DNA of 63,693 bases, counting the filler, from Stramenopiles sp. TOSAG23-3 (lineage: Eukaryota), in NCBI GenBank assembly GCA_900128585.1. It is 9 parts of 9 records of this genome, joined end to end, with 100 filler letters (N's around TTAATTAATTAA, not from the genome) between each part and the next. Parts side by side here need not be neighbours in the genome. Positions count along the whole stretch, not along the records: positions 42,599 to 49,578 come from LT643220.1; positions 49,679 to 56,637 come from LT643221.1; 7 more parts are not named here. One strand, 5' to 3'. The position numbers were made by a program, and so were the translations under genes. Below, piece by piece: positions 43,062 to 55,700 of the stretch. Within the stretch, counting starts at the first letter, position 1; every line of letters begins with the position of its first letter. The notes beneath the pieces were generated by a model. That model was not told the origin of the DNA and searched no databases. It was given only the letters and a program-made list of their open reading frames with translations.

Positions 43062-45991
43062 ATGGTTCACACCGACGTGTTCCGTGGGGTGGGCAAGAAC
43101 ACAGAGGAACCTGCCCCACCCCCCGTTCCGTTGCGGTTTGCAAAATATGTTGTCGACGCCCCTTGGATGACGCTAGGCCTGGTGGTGTTAGTGCCGGTAC
43201 TCCTGTCTGCAATCAGCATGCCATCGTTCAAATTGAATGACCTTGACGGGTGGGACGTGCGAAATTCCGAAAGCAGCATGGCGTTGGACGCTTGGGACGA
43301 AGCGACGGAAGACCTTTCCACGACGCCCGGGAACCACGTCGTGGCGAACGCGACCATGGGTACTGCAGGCACTGTCGGTGGAACGAGGAGGACCAAGGGG
43401 CCGACGCTGAAAATTTACTTCGAAGACACGTCTGGCAACGGCAACATGCTTCGGCCGGACGGCCTGTCGTTTATGAAGTGGGTCCAAGACAAAGTCGGAA
43501 AGTCCCCTCTTTGGACCGAGCACTGCCAACTGCTCCCCGGTAGCGACGTTTGCAAGAGCCCGTGGAGTGTGGTGACCGTCGCGGAGACGGACATGCCCGC
43601 GTTCTATTCAGACTGCGCCTTGCCGACGGGGGGGGGGCTGGTCGGGTGGTAAATGTACCCTTTCGGCGACGTCGTTGCGCCGCTTCGTTGATTTGCTGCA
43701 CAAGGAGCAGAACGATTGGTTCGTGGAGAACGCCTTCGCTGCGTCGAACCGCTCGAAATACGTGCGCGCAGAATGGAATTTTGGCCTGCCCGTCTCGGGG
43801 TACGACACGCCGACCGAAAAGTTGCAGAAACAGAACAGTGTGGTGAAATCGCACATCATCGACCTGAAAGAATGGGTTGAGAAAGAGGTTAAGTCGGGCG
43901 GAGGCGCAGGGAACGATGGGGTATCGCTGCTGTACGATTTCTCGGGCCTCGGCGGCTACTCCGCGATGAAGCAATTAGCTGCCGACGGCAGTTGGGCCGG
44001 AGGGAGTATTCTGTTTGTTCTGATGGTGATGACGATCCACACGCGCTCTGTTGCAATCGCGTGCTGTGGTATGCTTCAAATACTAATGTCGTTTCCGGTC
44101 ACGTATTTTTTCTACCGCATCGTGCTGAGTATCGAGCACTTCGGGACGCTGCAAGTGCTGGCAGTGTACGTCATTCTTGGGATTGGGGCCGACGACATTT
44201 TCGTCCTGTACGACGCGTTCATGCAAGCCCCGAGCGAAGGGGGAGTGGACGGGTTCACGCTCGCCCACCGCATTTCATGGGCGATGCGACGGGCCGTTAG
44301 TGCGATGAGTGCAACGAGCATAACTACATTTTTCGCGTTTGTAGTCACAGCTGTCAGCCCTGTCATTAACATCCGTTGCTTCGGCATGTTTGCCGGTCTG
44401 ATGGTGATATTCAATTTTCTACTGAGCATCACGGTAACCCCGTGCTTGATCATTTTGGTGCACACCGGCAGGATCAAGGGTTGTGGAAAGTGCAACTCGA
44501 AAGTCCAAGGCATAGCTCCGAAAAAACCCGGGAGCGCGCCGGTGGATTACAAACTTCCCGTGAATGAAGAAGAGTTGGACTTTAAACTTCCTGTGGGCGA
44601 GGCGTCTGCGAACCACGCAGATTCGGAGATTGAAAAGGGTGACCGGCAGGTCCAAGACGCGCTTCTGCGCGGTACAGAACTGTTCTGCCAGAAAACGTAC
44701 GGCCCTCTCCTCTTACGGGCCCGGTGGCTTGTTTTGGCTGGGGTGATTTTGTTGGCCAGCGTGCTGCTTTCCTTCGCAGTTAGGCTGAAGCCGTCCGACG
44801 AGCAGATTGGGAACATTTGGCCCGACGACCACCCGGTGAAGAAGGTGTACTCTCTTGCAGGCGACGAGTTTTTGAAAGGAGAAGGCCGGTATCTTCGAAT
44901 CAGGTCCCTCTTCGGTTTGCAACGTCCTGGGATCGACCGTGCGGGACTATCGCCGTTTGATCCGACACAGTTGGGAACGGTCATTTGGGACAAAGCGTTC
45001 GATTTACGGGATCCAGCCGCGCAGCTGAGTTTCCAGGAAACCTGCCGCGAGGCGAGGTCACTCTCCTTCGTCCGCCGCGTCGACTGTCTCGTGGACGACC
45101 TGGCGACGTTCCGACAAATGAACGGCCAGGCGCCTGCGCTGCCGGTCCCACACGAGTTTTTTTACGGGAATCTCTCGGCCATGCTGAGTTCTCCGTTGGG
45201 GGGCCGTTCCCGAGGAAACAAGATGGCCATGTTCGACGACCGTGGCGTGTTAAAGGTTGCGGGGTTCATGTTCATCCTCGACCACCCGTGGACGTGGCCG
45301 GTGAGTGACAAAGAAAGAGAGCGCGACGCCATCGAAAAGTTTTTTGTTGGATCGCAACAAAAACGCGCCGACCACCTTGGGAAGTGCCATTCAAGCGTCG
45401 TCGTCCCATGTGTGGATGGACTGTCAGATTATCATCACGCAAGCAGCGGTGGTGGGTCTCGTTATCGCCTTCCCAATCGCTTTCGTTTGCGTTCTGTGGG
45501 CCACGAAATCCGTTGTAACTACCTGCGCGGCCATATTCTCGATAATGTGTTCCGTCAGTTGTGTGATCGGGACCATGGTGGCGGCTGGGATGGAGCTTGG
45601 ATTTATGGAATCAATTTGCGTGACCGTGATCGTAGGGTTGGCGGTTGATTACGTTGTGCACTACGCAATCGCTTACACGCAAGTGTACGATTTTCAGAAC
45701 GCGGAAAACTTGCCTGCCCAAAAGATAGTCAACAATGCAGTTATTGGGTGCCTTACAGAATTGGGCGTGTCCGTCCTGGGCGGCTCCAGCAGCACGTTTG
45801 GATCGAGCCTCTTTTTGATGTTTTGCGTCATCAAGTATTTGCAATTGTTCGGGTATTTTCTAGCAATGGTGATAGGGTACAGCTTGATCACGTCGAGCGT
45901 TCTGTTCCCGGTCATCCTTTCCTTTGTTGGCAACTTGGATCGTGAAAGGAAATGCTTGAAAAAGTGTTTTCAAAGAAAACCCAAAAGTTAA
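43062..45991 (+). CDS. Dispatched/Patched-family sterol-sensing-domain (RND) protein, two frameshifts
   Basis: LGIGADDIFV and VGLAVDYVVHY TM4/TM10 motifs, ATSITTFFAF. Three ORFs join into one by removing one G at 43628-43637 and one T at 45340-45345. Confidence 0.85.
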
Positions 45992-47647
45992 ACAGCAAAG
46001 GCCCTGTCGTAAACTGTTCGGGACGAATGTTGTTTGTGTGTCGTGTATACAATTTTTTAAAGAGTAAGGAGTTTAAAATATTTCCTCTTGAACGTTGTCT
46101 TAGTAAATTGAAGACTCTCTCTATATTTCTGTACAAAAATTTATGAAATCCTCTCGTACCAAATAATATATATTTTGTTTTTTTAACATTTGTTGAGAAC
46201 ACGAAAAATATCCAAGTTTTGATGCTGGCATTTTTTATTAATATATACTGATTTTCATACATTCTGATTTCCGCGTTTAACATACACACAGCATAGAAAA
46301 CGGAAAGAGACGAAAAATTGCGGATGCAAGTATCTTTGGCGCGGAATTGAAAAAGTGCAGACGACTTTGTAGTAACTATTTGAGACGAGGAGATCTTTAT
46401 AAGAAAAGTATATTTTGTCTCATTTCAAACCGCCAAATGCCATTTAAGATACGTATAATGACGCCCGCACGACCCATATTTCTAAAACAAACGAAGGAAC
46501 GAGCGTTTGTTCGGCTGGCGTTCGGTCCAAATCGTCCATTTCCCAAAAAATTGTCCCTTGGAACCGCATTTCCAAGTCAATTGAAGGCAAACAATTTATA
46601 AACGTTCGTTGGCGGTCGAACATGGCGACCGCAACATTGGCCTGATCTAAACTTATGCAATTAGGCGTCCTCCTTTCTTTCATTTGTCATTTAATGCCCA
46701 AGCGCTTCCATACTTTGAAATTCGAGTTGGATTTTTTTTCGCGCCAAGGACACTGAACACTTTGTTAAACAGGTGTTTACTATCGCATTTTACTTAAAAA
46801 AAAACAACGACGGTCGTGTTTCATCATTTTTTTAGAAAGTGGGAATTTTGTTGTAAGTCAAGTCTTGAAAAATGTTTCCTTCGTTTTTAGCAAAAAAAAA
46901 TGTAAAATTATTGAAAGATAGATGCTGTGTATATTTTGTGAAAATAAACAAAAAAGAAACAAAAAAAATGCAAAGGAAGAAGTGTTGTTGGTGGTCCACT
47001 TCTTTTTTTATTGAAATGCTGTGTATATGTATTAAATATTTTTATAAAAAAAATTAAAAAAAAAGAGAAGAAAATGAAGAAAGAACGAAAAAAACAAAAA
47101 CAAAAAAATGGCAAAAAAAAAAAAGAAGCATTTCTCAGTTCTTCTTCTTCCTCCATTTTTTCTTCTTCTATTAATATTAATATTTCTTCTTCTTCTTTTT
47201 TTCTTCTTCTTTTTTTCTTCTTCTTTATTTCTTCTACTTTTTTTCATTATTTTCTCCTCCTCCTCCGGTCGGTCGGTCTGAGATATTTTATCTTTTAACA
47301 TTATTAACATAGACACATCATCATAAAAATTAAAAAAACAACATTATTATTTTAATATTATTAATATAAACACATCATCATAACAATTAATTTTTATTCT
47401 TCTTCTTCTCTTCTTTCTTCTCTTCTTTTCTCTTCTTCTCTCTTCTTTTCTCTTCTTCCAATTATTTAAAAAAAATTTATGGCCGCCGTTGGTTTGCGAT
47501 TCTGATTGTCATATTATCTTGTTAAAAATTATACTACTTTTTTCTTGGGAAATTTAACATTGAATAATCGTACATAGGAAAGAAGAAAACAAAGGAAACA
47601 TTGTTTCACAACCAACACAGTTTTTACTCTGTTCAACAACCGACTGG

Positions 47648-49549
47648 ATGGTTTCAAAACGAAGTAAAAGCAAGCGAAAAGGCCGCCGGTCTGCCGCCCC
47701 CGCCGGCAAAGCGGACAACGCCCCCGGGAACACCGCTTCTTCCCCCTCGATGGAGGCGCTTATGAAAGCCGTCCATCCCCCTTACACGCGGTTCCCAGGG
47801 CCGAGTGACTCTGTTTTAGTGAAGACGGACCTGTTTTTCACCACGCTTGCCTGTCGCGCTCCGCTGTTTGAACCGTTGCAGTGCGTCGTGTTCATGGTTG
47901 GCCACCTGTTCGGGTGCCCGACGCTCGCCGTGCTGGCCCTCCCGGGCTTCTTTCTGACCGGCCGCCCGGGGGACGAGTGGCAGGGGCAGGCCGTCCAAGG
48001 GTACAGAATATTCTGCGCCGCCGTTGCGATTGTATCCCTTCTGCTCGTTTACACGAGCCGAATAGAGTACGAGGACTTGTTCAAGGGCAAACTGGTATTC
48101 TCCGGGGCGGCCGTCTCCCTGGGCGCACTCTTCTGCATCGATCGGCGGGCCTTCAGCGCGTCGTGCGTCTTTTACGTGTGCTGGGGCTTTTTGACCCTCT
48201 TTGCGTGGGTCCTGAAAGGGTACTTTTTGAGAAAGCGGCCCGCCGCGTCGATGACGCCGGCGAAGCTTGCGCAGTACCCTCGCTACGCGCGCAAAGGCAT
48301 ATGGAGGAAAACAATCGACAAGAACCGCACGGGCAAGAACGCCGCGCACTCCTTCCCGAGCTTCGACTCGGCGACGGCCGGGCTGGTCCTGGGAATGCTC
48401 CTGACCATGGAGGAGCACGGGCAAGCCAGCGCCCTCCTTCGCAGCGCCTCGTCGCTGGCTGACTTCTGCAGCAGCGCCCCTACGGTCGCAATTTCGGCGA
48501 GCCTGATGCTGGTCGCCATGTACGGCCGGGTGTACGCCTTTGCCCACCACGTGGTCGACGTCCTGGTCGGGGCCGGCCTGGGCGTGGTGCTCCCGTTCGT
48601 CGTGGCGCGGTTCACAGGCACCCATGGCGGGGGCGGGTGGCACCTCGTCTGGGCGTTCGTCACGCTGTTCGGGGTCGCAATTTTCTTCTTCGTCCCAGGG
48701 GCGGGAATTTTTCTGTCGTTGGCCATGGCGGTCGGAACGGGCTTTCTGTCCCCGAGTGTGTCCTGGGTCGTCGTCGCCCTGTACGGCGGGCTGCTCTGGC
48801 TGATCAGCACGGTCTACCATGCCCAGTCGAAACGGGTAAAGCCTTGGGTGGTGGCCCGGGTAAAGGAGTACTTCGACACCGTGAAAGACCCGGAAGATTT
48901 TCCGGACCACCTCAAGCGCCTCCTTGCGGATAAACGAAAAGAGTTCTTGGACGAGTGCGCCGAGCCCGGGAGCGTGTTCCCTGGAAACCTGTACATTGCG
49001 AGCAAGTTCCTCAAGGACACGCACTTCGTGATGGACTGGGAAACGCTCCAGAGGACGTTCCTGAAGCGGCTGGACCACTTTGTCGAATGGACCGGAACGG
49101 ACCCGGCCAACATCGACATCATCGTCGGCATATACAGCGGGGGGGCGTTCTTTGCCCCCCTGCTCGCGGAAGAGCTTGGCCGGCCGTACTGCTTCATCAA
49201 GGCGAGCCGGTACAAGCAGCTGAAGCTGAGCTTTTTCGAGTTTGGCAAAACGGCACTCATGCGTGCCATCGGCATGCACGACAAGGCGTACAAGCTGGGC
49301 AAGTTGCCCGAAAAGTCCCAGTTCAAGAACAAGAACGTACTGCTCGTCGACGACGCGTGCGTTTCTGGCGGAACCTTCCGAGCCGTCGCACGGTTCTGCA
49401 AAGATGCGGGGGCAAACGAAGTTCGCGGCCTAGCCTTTGCCGGCAGCAAGTCGAACGCGTCCCACATATGGGACCCCACCATGACGAAAAAGCCGACCGA
49501 GCAAAAGGGAATTCACATGCCCGCGTTCTCGCCCTGGGGAAGCTTTTAG
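47648..49549 (+). CDS. PAP2-type membrane phosphatase-like domain fused to a type I phosphoribosyltransferase domain
   Basis: KGYFLRKRP, SFPSFDS and GRVYAFAHHVVD (PAP2 C1-C3); IIVGIYSGG and VLLVDDACVSGGT (PRPP-binding loop). Confidence 0.8.
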   Translation: MVSKRSKSKRKGRRSAAPAGKADNAPGNTASSPSMEALMKAVHPPYTRFPGPSDSVLVKTDLFFTTLACRAPLFEPLQCVVFMVGHLFGCPTLAVLALPGFFLTGRPGDEWQGQAVQGYRIFCAAVAIVSLLLVYTSRIEYEDLFKGKLVFSGAAVSLGALFCIDRRAFSASCVFYVCWGFLTLFAWVLKGYFLRKRPAASMTPAKLAQYPRYARKGIWRKTIDKNRTGKNAAHSFPSFDSATAGLVLGMLLTMEEHGQASALLRSASSLADFCSSAPTVAISASLMLVAMYGRVYAFAHHVVDVLVGAGLGVVLPFVVARFTGTHGGGGWHLVWAFVTLFGVAIFFFVPGAGIFLSLAMAVGTGFLSPSVSWVVVALYGGLLWLISTVYHAQSKRVKPWVVARVKEYFDTVKDPEDFPDHLKRLLADKRKEFLDECAEPGSVFPGNLYIASKFLKDTHFVMDWETLQRTFLKRLDHFVEWTGTDPANIDIIVGIYSGGAFFAPLLAEELGRPYCFIKASRYKQLKLSFFEFGKTALMRAIGMHDKAYKLGKLPEKSQFKNKNVLLVDDACVSGGTFRAVARFCKDAGANEVRGLAFAGSKSNASHIWDPTMTKKPTEQKGIHMPAFSPWGSF

Positions 49550-49702
49550 GAGAATAGCCTGGGAAAGGGGGAATGTGTNNNNNNNNNNNNNNNNNNNNNN
49601 NNNNNNNNNNNNNNNNNNNNNNTTAATTAATTAANNNNNNNNNNNNNNNNNNNNNNNNNNNNNNNNNNNNNNNNNNNNTTTTTTTTACAAAATGTTCTTC
49701 TT

Positions 49703-49844
49703 ATACAGATTACAGATATAGACAAACAGACAGTAAACTTGAATCATTCTCGAATTTTTCATACAGATAGCAGATAGACAAACAGACAGTATAAACTTGG
49801 ATCATTCTCGAATTTTAGTAAACTTGGAGCATTCTCTAATTTTT
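49703..49844. repeat. Degenerate ~57-bp tandem repeat (2 copies plus a partial)
   Basis: atacagat...agacaaacagacagt(a)aaacttg(a/g)atcattctcgaatttt repeated. Confidence 0.7.
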
Positions 49845-50874
49845 GAATTCCGTTCTTCGATCGTTGATTGACTCGAAATAAAGAAGAAGGTTGTACGGAG
49901 TAGATTCAATGTTTAAAATATACTAAATGTACCTGTTTGATACGATTATATAAGAATACATTCTAACGAATTTGCTATGTTTTGTGGTTATAATATAGAA
50001 GTATCTACAAGGGAATACTTGAAAATACAGAGGACACATCAAGAAGAAGAAGAAGAAAAGCATAGAAAAAAATATAAGAACAAAAAGAAAACTTCATTTC
50101 TCTGAGTTTCTGAGGAGTTTATCTCTCTAATAAATGATAAAGTACATGAGTTTGTAATGATAAATGAAATGAATTGTGATCCAACAATCGAATCAATAAT
50201 AAGAAGAAAAAAACTTTGCTGTAGAAACAAATCCTAGAATTATATTTATATTTTTTAACTTTTAACACACTATAAAATGAAGATCTTTGATTAAAAACAG
50301 CTATGGTGGTATGGGATATTATCACATGTTTGTCCCAGATCTTAAAGGCACACAATACCAGAGTCATTCCCACCCAGCGGTGAAGGATTTATTGTTGGGA
50401 TAAAAGAACATAAATCCAATCGTCCGTACAAATTGATCGATCATTTTTTGATCCACTGAGGACGTGTCGTAAATTGAAAGTACTGAAATAAATAAATTTT
50501 AATAAATATTACATACTATATTAATTAGTTTTTTTTTTAATATACAATGAGATCCATGAAAACAAATACCTGTGATTAGGAGACGTGCGGCACTTTAGAA
50601 ATTGATTATAATCCACTAATCCAGCTTCTTCCTGTTCACCAAGATACCAAGTCATAGGCAGACAGAAAGACAGACAGTCGTCCATTCTATTCCTACAGAT
50701 CTACACCTACAGATCTACAGTCGTCTAACAGAAATCCGAAGAACTGATTTGCCACATCAGCTACCTGCGCTTGCGCGTACAGTCCAGCTACTCGTTCTTG
50801 GTACACTGTCGCCTCCGACGGCATCGTGATCGAGAACCTGCCTCTAAAGTACAGCTGCACGAAGCCTTACACAC

Positions 50875-51993
50875 TTATATATCTGGCATCCCGCATGCTG
50901 TCGGACTTTGTGGATAAGGAGGCGGCTCGGCACACATTCTTGTATACCCTACAAAGCCATCGTGGGCCCCGAAATAATAGTCAAAGGTGACAGTCAGTTT
51001 GATCGCCACAGTCTTTGGTAGACCAGTTTTCACGTCGTAGGTATGCAATGTGGCCGGCACGTCTGCATCCCCCGCATTTAATCGCTCTGACAAATCGTCG
51101 TTGCGACCATCGATGGTAAGAAATGTCGCCCACGTGCTTCGCAATGGGACTGGCGTCGAACCCTGCCCTGAAATGTTCAACGTCGCCTTTAAGATGTGCG
51201 CAAACCCCGAGGACCCGCTTGTTGCGAGGTAATGAGATAAGATGGCTTTCCCGTCATCTCCGCCGTAGTGTGCTAAATATGTAAGCGTTGCAGGCTTGGG
51301 CTCAACGTCAAGCTTTCGCGAGTACAACACTCGCTCCACATGAACCGTTGTCTCTTCGCTTCGGATCGTAGTCAGATTCCAACCATGGGAGGACCCATCG
51401 TCGATGGTTTTGCCAAACGTATCAATATGGTACATTGGTGACATGGACCATGTTTTGACCCTGCCCTGTGCCATTGCCGGCAAAGCTCCTGCGGGGAGCG
51501 TCTGTCGAAGAACGACTTTGGACGACGTTCCCGCCTCGACCGACTCAAAGTGAGCGGAGCACAATGCACGTCGAGATTCCTCTTCCTTTAATGTTACCAA
51601 TAATTTTACGTCAAATGCATGGGGGCAAAAGAATGTAGCGCCATGCGAGAGAAAAAAATTAGCGCCTGAGGCCACGCAGGCGCTCTTCGTGTCAACAAGG
51701 GGAAGAAGGATATGCGCGTGGTGGGCAGGTCCAAAGTTACATGCATCTTTCGTCTCTTCAAAAGCATCACATTTTTGCGCAATTTTGTTCACTGTTGTGT
51801 GTTCACTGCATATTCTTATGCCATTTATGTTAAGCACGATGGCACAAATAAATAGAATGTTAAAAGCGGAGGACGCGATTAAACATTTCGACGGGCAGTA
51901 CGACCGCAGTGGTTTTGAAGGGCCAGACGCAACGTTGAAAGAAGCTGCACGGGCTTCTTCCGATTCGCTCTCCAAAAGGCTGCGCTCGTCCAT
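50875..51993 (-). CDS. Hypothetical type II membrane protein
   Basis: ATG-started 372-aa ORF with a single N-terminal TM helix and a His-containing ectodomain; no family recognised. Confidence 0.6.
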   Translation of the reverse strand: MDERSLLESESEEARAASFNVASGPSKPLRSYCPSKCLIASSAFNILFICAIVLNINGIRICSEHTTVNKIAQKCDAFEETKDACNFGPAHHAHILLPLVDTKSACVASGANFFLSHGATFFCPHAFDVKLLVTLKEEESRRALCSAHFESVEAGTSSKVVLRQTLPAGALPAMAQGRVKTWSMSPMYHIDTFGKTIDDGSSHGWNLTTIRSEETTVHVERVLYSRKLDVEPKPATLTYLAHYGGDDGKAILSHYLATSGSSGFAHILKATLNISGQGSTPVPLRSTWATFLTIDGRNDDLSERLNAGDADVPATLHTYDVKTGLPKTVAIKLTVTFDYYFGAHDGFVGYTRMCAEPPPYPQSPTACGMPDI

Positions 51994-52755
51994 TGGCTCG
52001 AATCAAACACACACAACTGTGTTTTCAATCCCTGAAAAACAAGAAACAACGGAGAGGTCATACCATCATCATCAAACAAAGACAAAGACAAACACTCTTA
52101 TAAGAACAAACAGACGAGCAGACGAGTTACGAGTATTTTATCGCGATCAAAAAATGTGATCACTTTTTTTTCTTTTTTCTTTTTTTTTCTTCTTTAAATT
52201 ATAGATAGCATTTACAATATACTAATTATACCTTTTCGTACAAATATTATATTGTAAATCAATAAAACGATTACCTATCTATTTGTAGTTAACTATTAAG
52301 TATATATTAATGTATACTTTAAAAGAAGGAGAGATTTGATCTAAATTTTAAAATTTTAAAATTAAAAAGTGGAGGGAGGATATCCATCCATCATCTTTGT
52401 TCTATTTAAATAGGAATAAAAGAATAAAATAAGTATAGTTTATTTGTATACTAAATATGAGATAGAAATAGAAACGAAGAAGAAGGAAGGAAAGAAAGGA
52501 AAGGAAAGTATGAGGAATTTGGAAAAGGAATTTGGATTTGGAGTTGGATTCAAATGAACATTCCACTATCATTCCATTGTCATTCCAATGAAATTTAATG
52601 TAAGGAAATTGAGACAGGTACGTAAGTGTGTGTGAGTTTGTAAGAGAGAGAAAGAGAGAGAACGAGAGATTTTATATTTCTTCCCTTTCTTTTAAAAGTT
52701 AGTTCGTACTGATTGTTGTGTTGTAACGAAATTATCATCAACCAATCCCATCAAA

Positions 52756-55700
52756 ATGAGACGAGCGTATGAACAGCGGCGGGTGTCCCTGTCCCTTTTG
52801 TTCCTTATCCTAGTGATTGGTTCGGAATGCATTGCGCTGTCGAGCGCGACGTCCGTGCACAAGACGGGGGCGAAACTTTTTAAGAAAGCGGCGGCGACGG
52901 CGACCGCGAAGGCGAGGGTCCACCTGTCCCGTGGGCACCACGAGGAGAAGGAGGCCGCGAGGCGCGACGACAAGGACGACAAGGACGACAAGGACGACTC
53001 CGATGCGAAAGGCAACTTTCTGCCGAACTACTTGAAAAAGATCAACTGCGACAAGAGCCGCGTTCGCGAGCTGTTCTTTGTGGCCCACAAGAAGGGGATC
53101 AAGCTATCGAAGAACGAAGTCTTGGCGCAGTTCAAGGCCTGCATCAAGGAAAACGCCAAGAAGAAGGTCGTCAACGTGGGTGACAAGAGCACCGCGACGC
53201 AGAACGCGGACCCCACGAAAGAGGAAGAGGACGACTCGCTCATTCGTGAATTTGGGGACAAGTTCCAAACGTGGGACAGCAACAAATGGGTCGAGAAGGA
53301 AGGAAAGTACGCCCGCATCAGCAACAAGACGCTGGAGAAAGGGTACGGAAACTCCCTCGTCTTCGATGGCGACGACAACGGCCGATCGCTGAAAAGCGGC
53401 GGGGTCCGCAAGCTGACCTCCAGGCCGTTCAACATGAAATACGGCGGCGCCATTCGTTTCTCCATCAAAATGGGGTCCGAGAACGGCACCGAATGGTGCA
53501 AGCGTGACGTCAAACGGTTGCAGAAAATGGAGGAAGCGAAGAAGCGCGAGGAGGCCGCCAAGGCCAAGGCCCGCGAGGAGGCGGAGAAGAAAAACCTTCG
53601 CAAAATGATGGAGGCGAAGAAGAAAATGTCCTGCGAGAGTGGCCGCCAGTGCAGCGGGCACGGCGTCGGGATCTACAACGCGACGTGCGATGAGGACTGG
53701 AACTGCAAGGAGCGGACCTGCACCTGCGACTGCAACCCAGGGTACATCGGGGACAAGTGCGAGCAAGCGTACAAGAACTCCCAGTGCCAGAGCGTCGGGG
53801 ACCCGCACCCCCTGACCCTGGACGGGCTCCGTTACAACATCTACGACGCCGGGGAGTTTGTCATGTTCAAGCACCCCAAGGTGCCCGTAGAAATCCACAT
53901 GCTGACGCGCATGGCACACCCGAGAATCGCCGCGACGGCGGCGGTCGCCATGAAGAACCTGAAAACGAACACCGTGTTTACCTTTGAGCAGCCGCACTGC
54001 GGCAACGGCTGGACGCCCCAGTTCCGCGTCGAAAAGGAAGGGAAATGCGTCGACGGCGCTCAGTACGGGCAAAAGTTCGAGCTGGACGGCCTTCGGTACG
54101 ACGGCGGAAAAACCATCCACGGCCCCCTGCACATCAACATCCATGTTGGTGGCTGGTGGCGCTACGGGTGGGCCCAGGGCAGCAAGTGCAGCGGCGCGTC
54201 GTGGCTGAATGCGTACTTCAACGTCCGGGCCCCCCGCGACGGAAAGTCCACTGGGCTCTGCGGCGCGTTCGGAAAGGGCTCTGCGGCGGACGACCGCGAA
54301 CTCGTGCACACGGCGGGCCACCGCCACCACCACCAAATTTCGCGCCACACCCGCGACAAGAACAGCGTCCAGGCCAAAGACTCGTTCTTCAAGTGCGGAT
54401 TCTACAACCCAGGGTTTCGCTACTCGCCATACTTCAAATCGCTGAAGGCCGGGCAGACCTCCCGGGCGGCGATGAAAGCGGCGGCCATGGTCGACGCAGA
54501 GGCAAAGCTAATGCGCGAGCTGGCCGTGGACAAAGCCATCAACGAAGCGAATGACAAAGCGGACGAGAAAAACGAGACGAAGGAGGACGGCGAGAAGTTG
54601 ACCAAGGAGCAGGCGCTGGAAAAGTGCAAGCAGAAGGAAGACATCTCGACGCAGGAGGCGTTGGCCAACTGCGTCAACGACATGATGCTCACGGCGGACC
54701 CGAAGGTCGAGAAGGTCGCCGCGGCCGAGTCCAAAGAGGAGGAAGAAGCGAGCGCGGAGGAAATTGCCGAAAACGAGAAGATGGAGGAGCTGGAAATGGT
54801 CGCCGAGGCTAAGCTGAAGGTGGCCGGGCCGCTGGACCCCGTGCTCCAGTGGTGCGCCGGCAACTGCACCATGGACAAGAGCTGGAAGCAGCTAAAGGCG
54901 TACCCGGAGAAAGTGTACGGCAACTTCCTGTCGAAAGACTTTCGTGAAATGACTGCCCGAATCCCGGACGAGGCCAAGGTCCCCAACCTGCAAATTCGAT
55001 TTTACCAGAAAGACCACGGGTGCCATTGCTGCAACGAGTTCTACGTCGACGACCTTATGGTCGACGGTGGGGGCATGGGCATTAGCATCGTCGCCGACAA
55101 GCGGTTCACCCTGTACGCCGATGGCCACAAAGTCGGTTCCGGCGACTGGTGGGAGCCTGCAAAAGACACCTACCGCTATCGCGCCCGTAAGGACACCAAA
55201 GTTTTTGCGATCGAAGTGAACGGTGGGGAAGATGCCCGCATGGGCGTCATCGCGTCCTTCGGGAAGCACTTGGTCACCTCCTCCGCGTGGAAGTGCACGG
55301 TGGACAAAGTTCCCAACTGGAACCACCCAAAGTTCGACGACGGCGAGTGGCCATCGGCAGTCGAAGAGGGACAGAACGGTATCTTGCCATGGGGCGAGCG
55401 TCCTGGAATCGCCAAGAAAGCTTTCTGGATATTTACCCACGACACCTACAAAATGAAGAGCCAGACCGCGTACTGCCGCGTGAACGTGAAGGCCGCCAGC
55501 CACAGCTCCCACAGCGTGCACCCGGAGGCGACCCGCTGGAGCTGCAAGAGCCAGAAGAACCGCCAGACCCCGAATAGTTTACAGTTGAACGGTGACATGA
55601 TGACCGCTGTCGAGGTGCGAAGCGGCAAAGAGAAGAACGAACATTTCAGCCCAGGAGAATCCTTCACGACCAAGGCAGACGGGAGCGACCAGAGCCGCAT

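Noticed and set aside
46330-46752. E2F-like TTTGGCGC/TTTCGCGC sites in loose inverted arrangement
   Set aside because: Short, imperfect and far from an identifiable start; cannot support a regulatory or TIR call.
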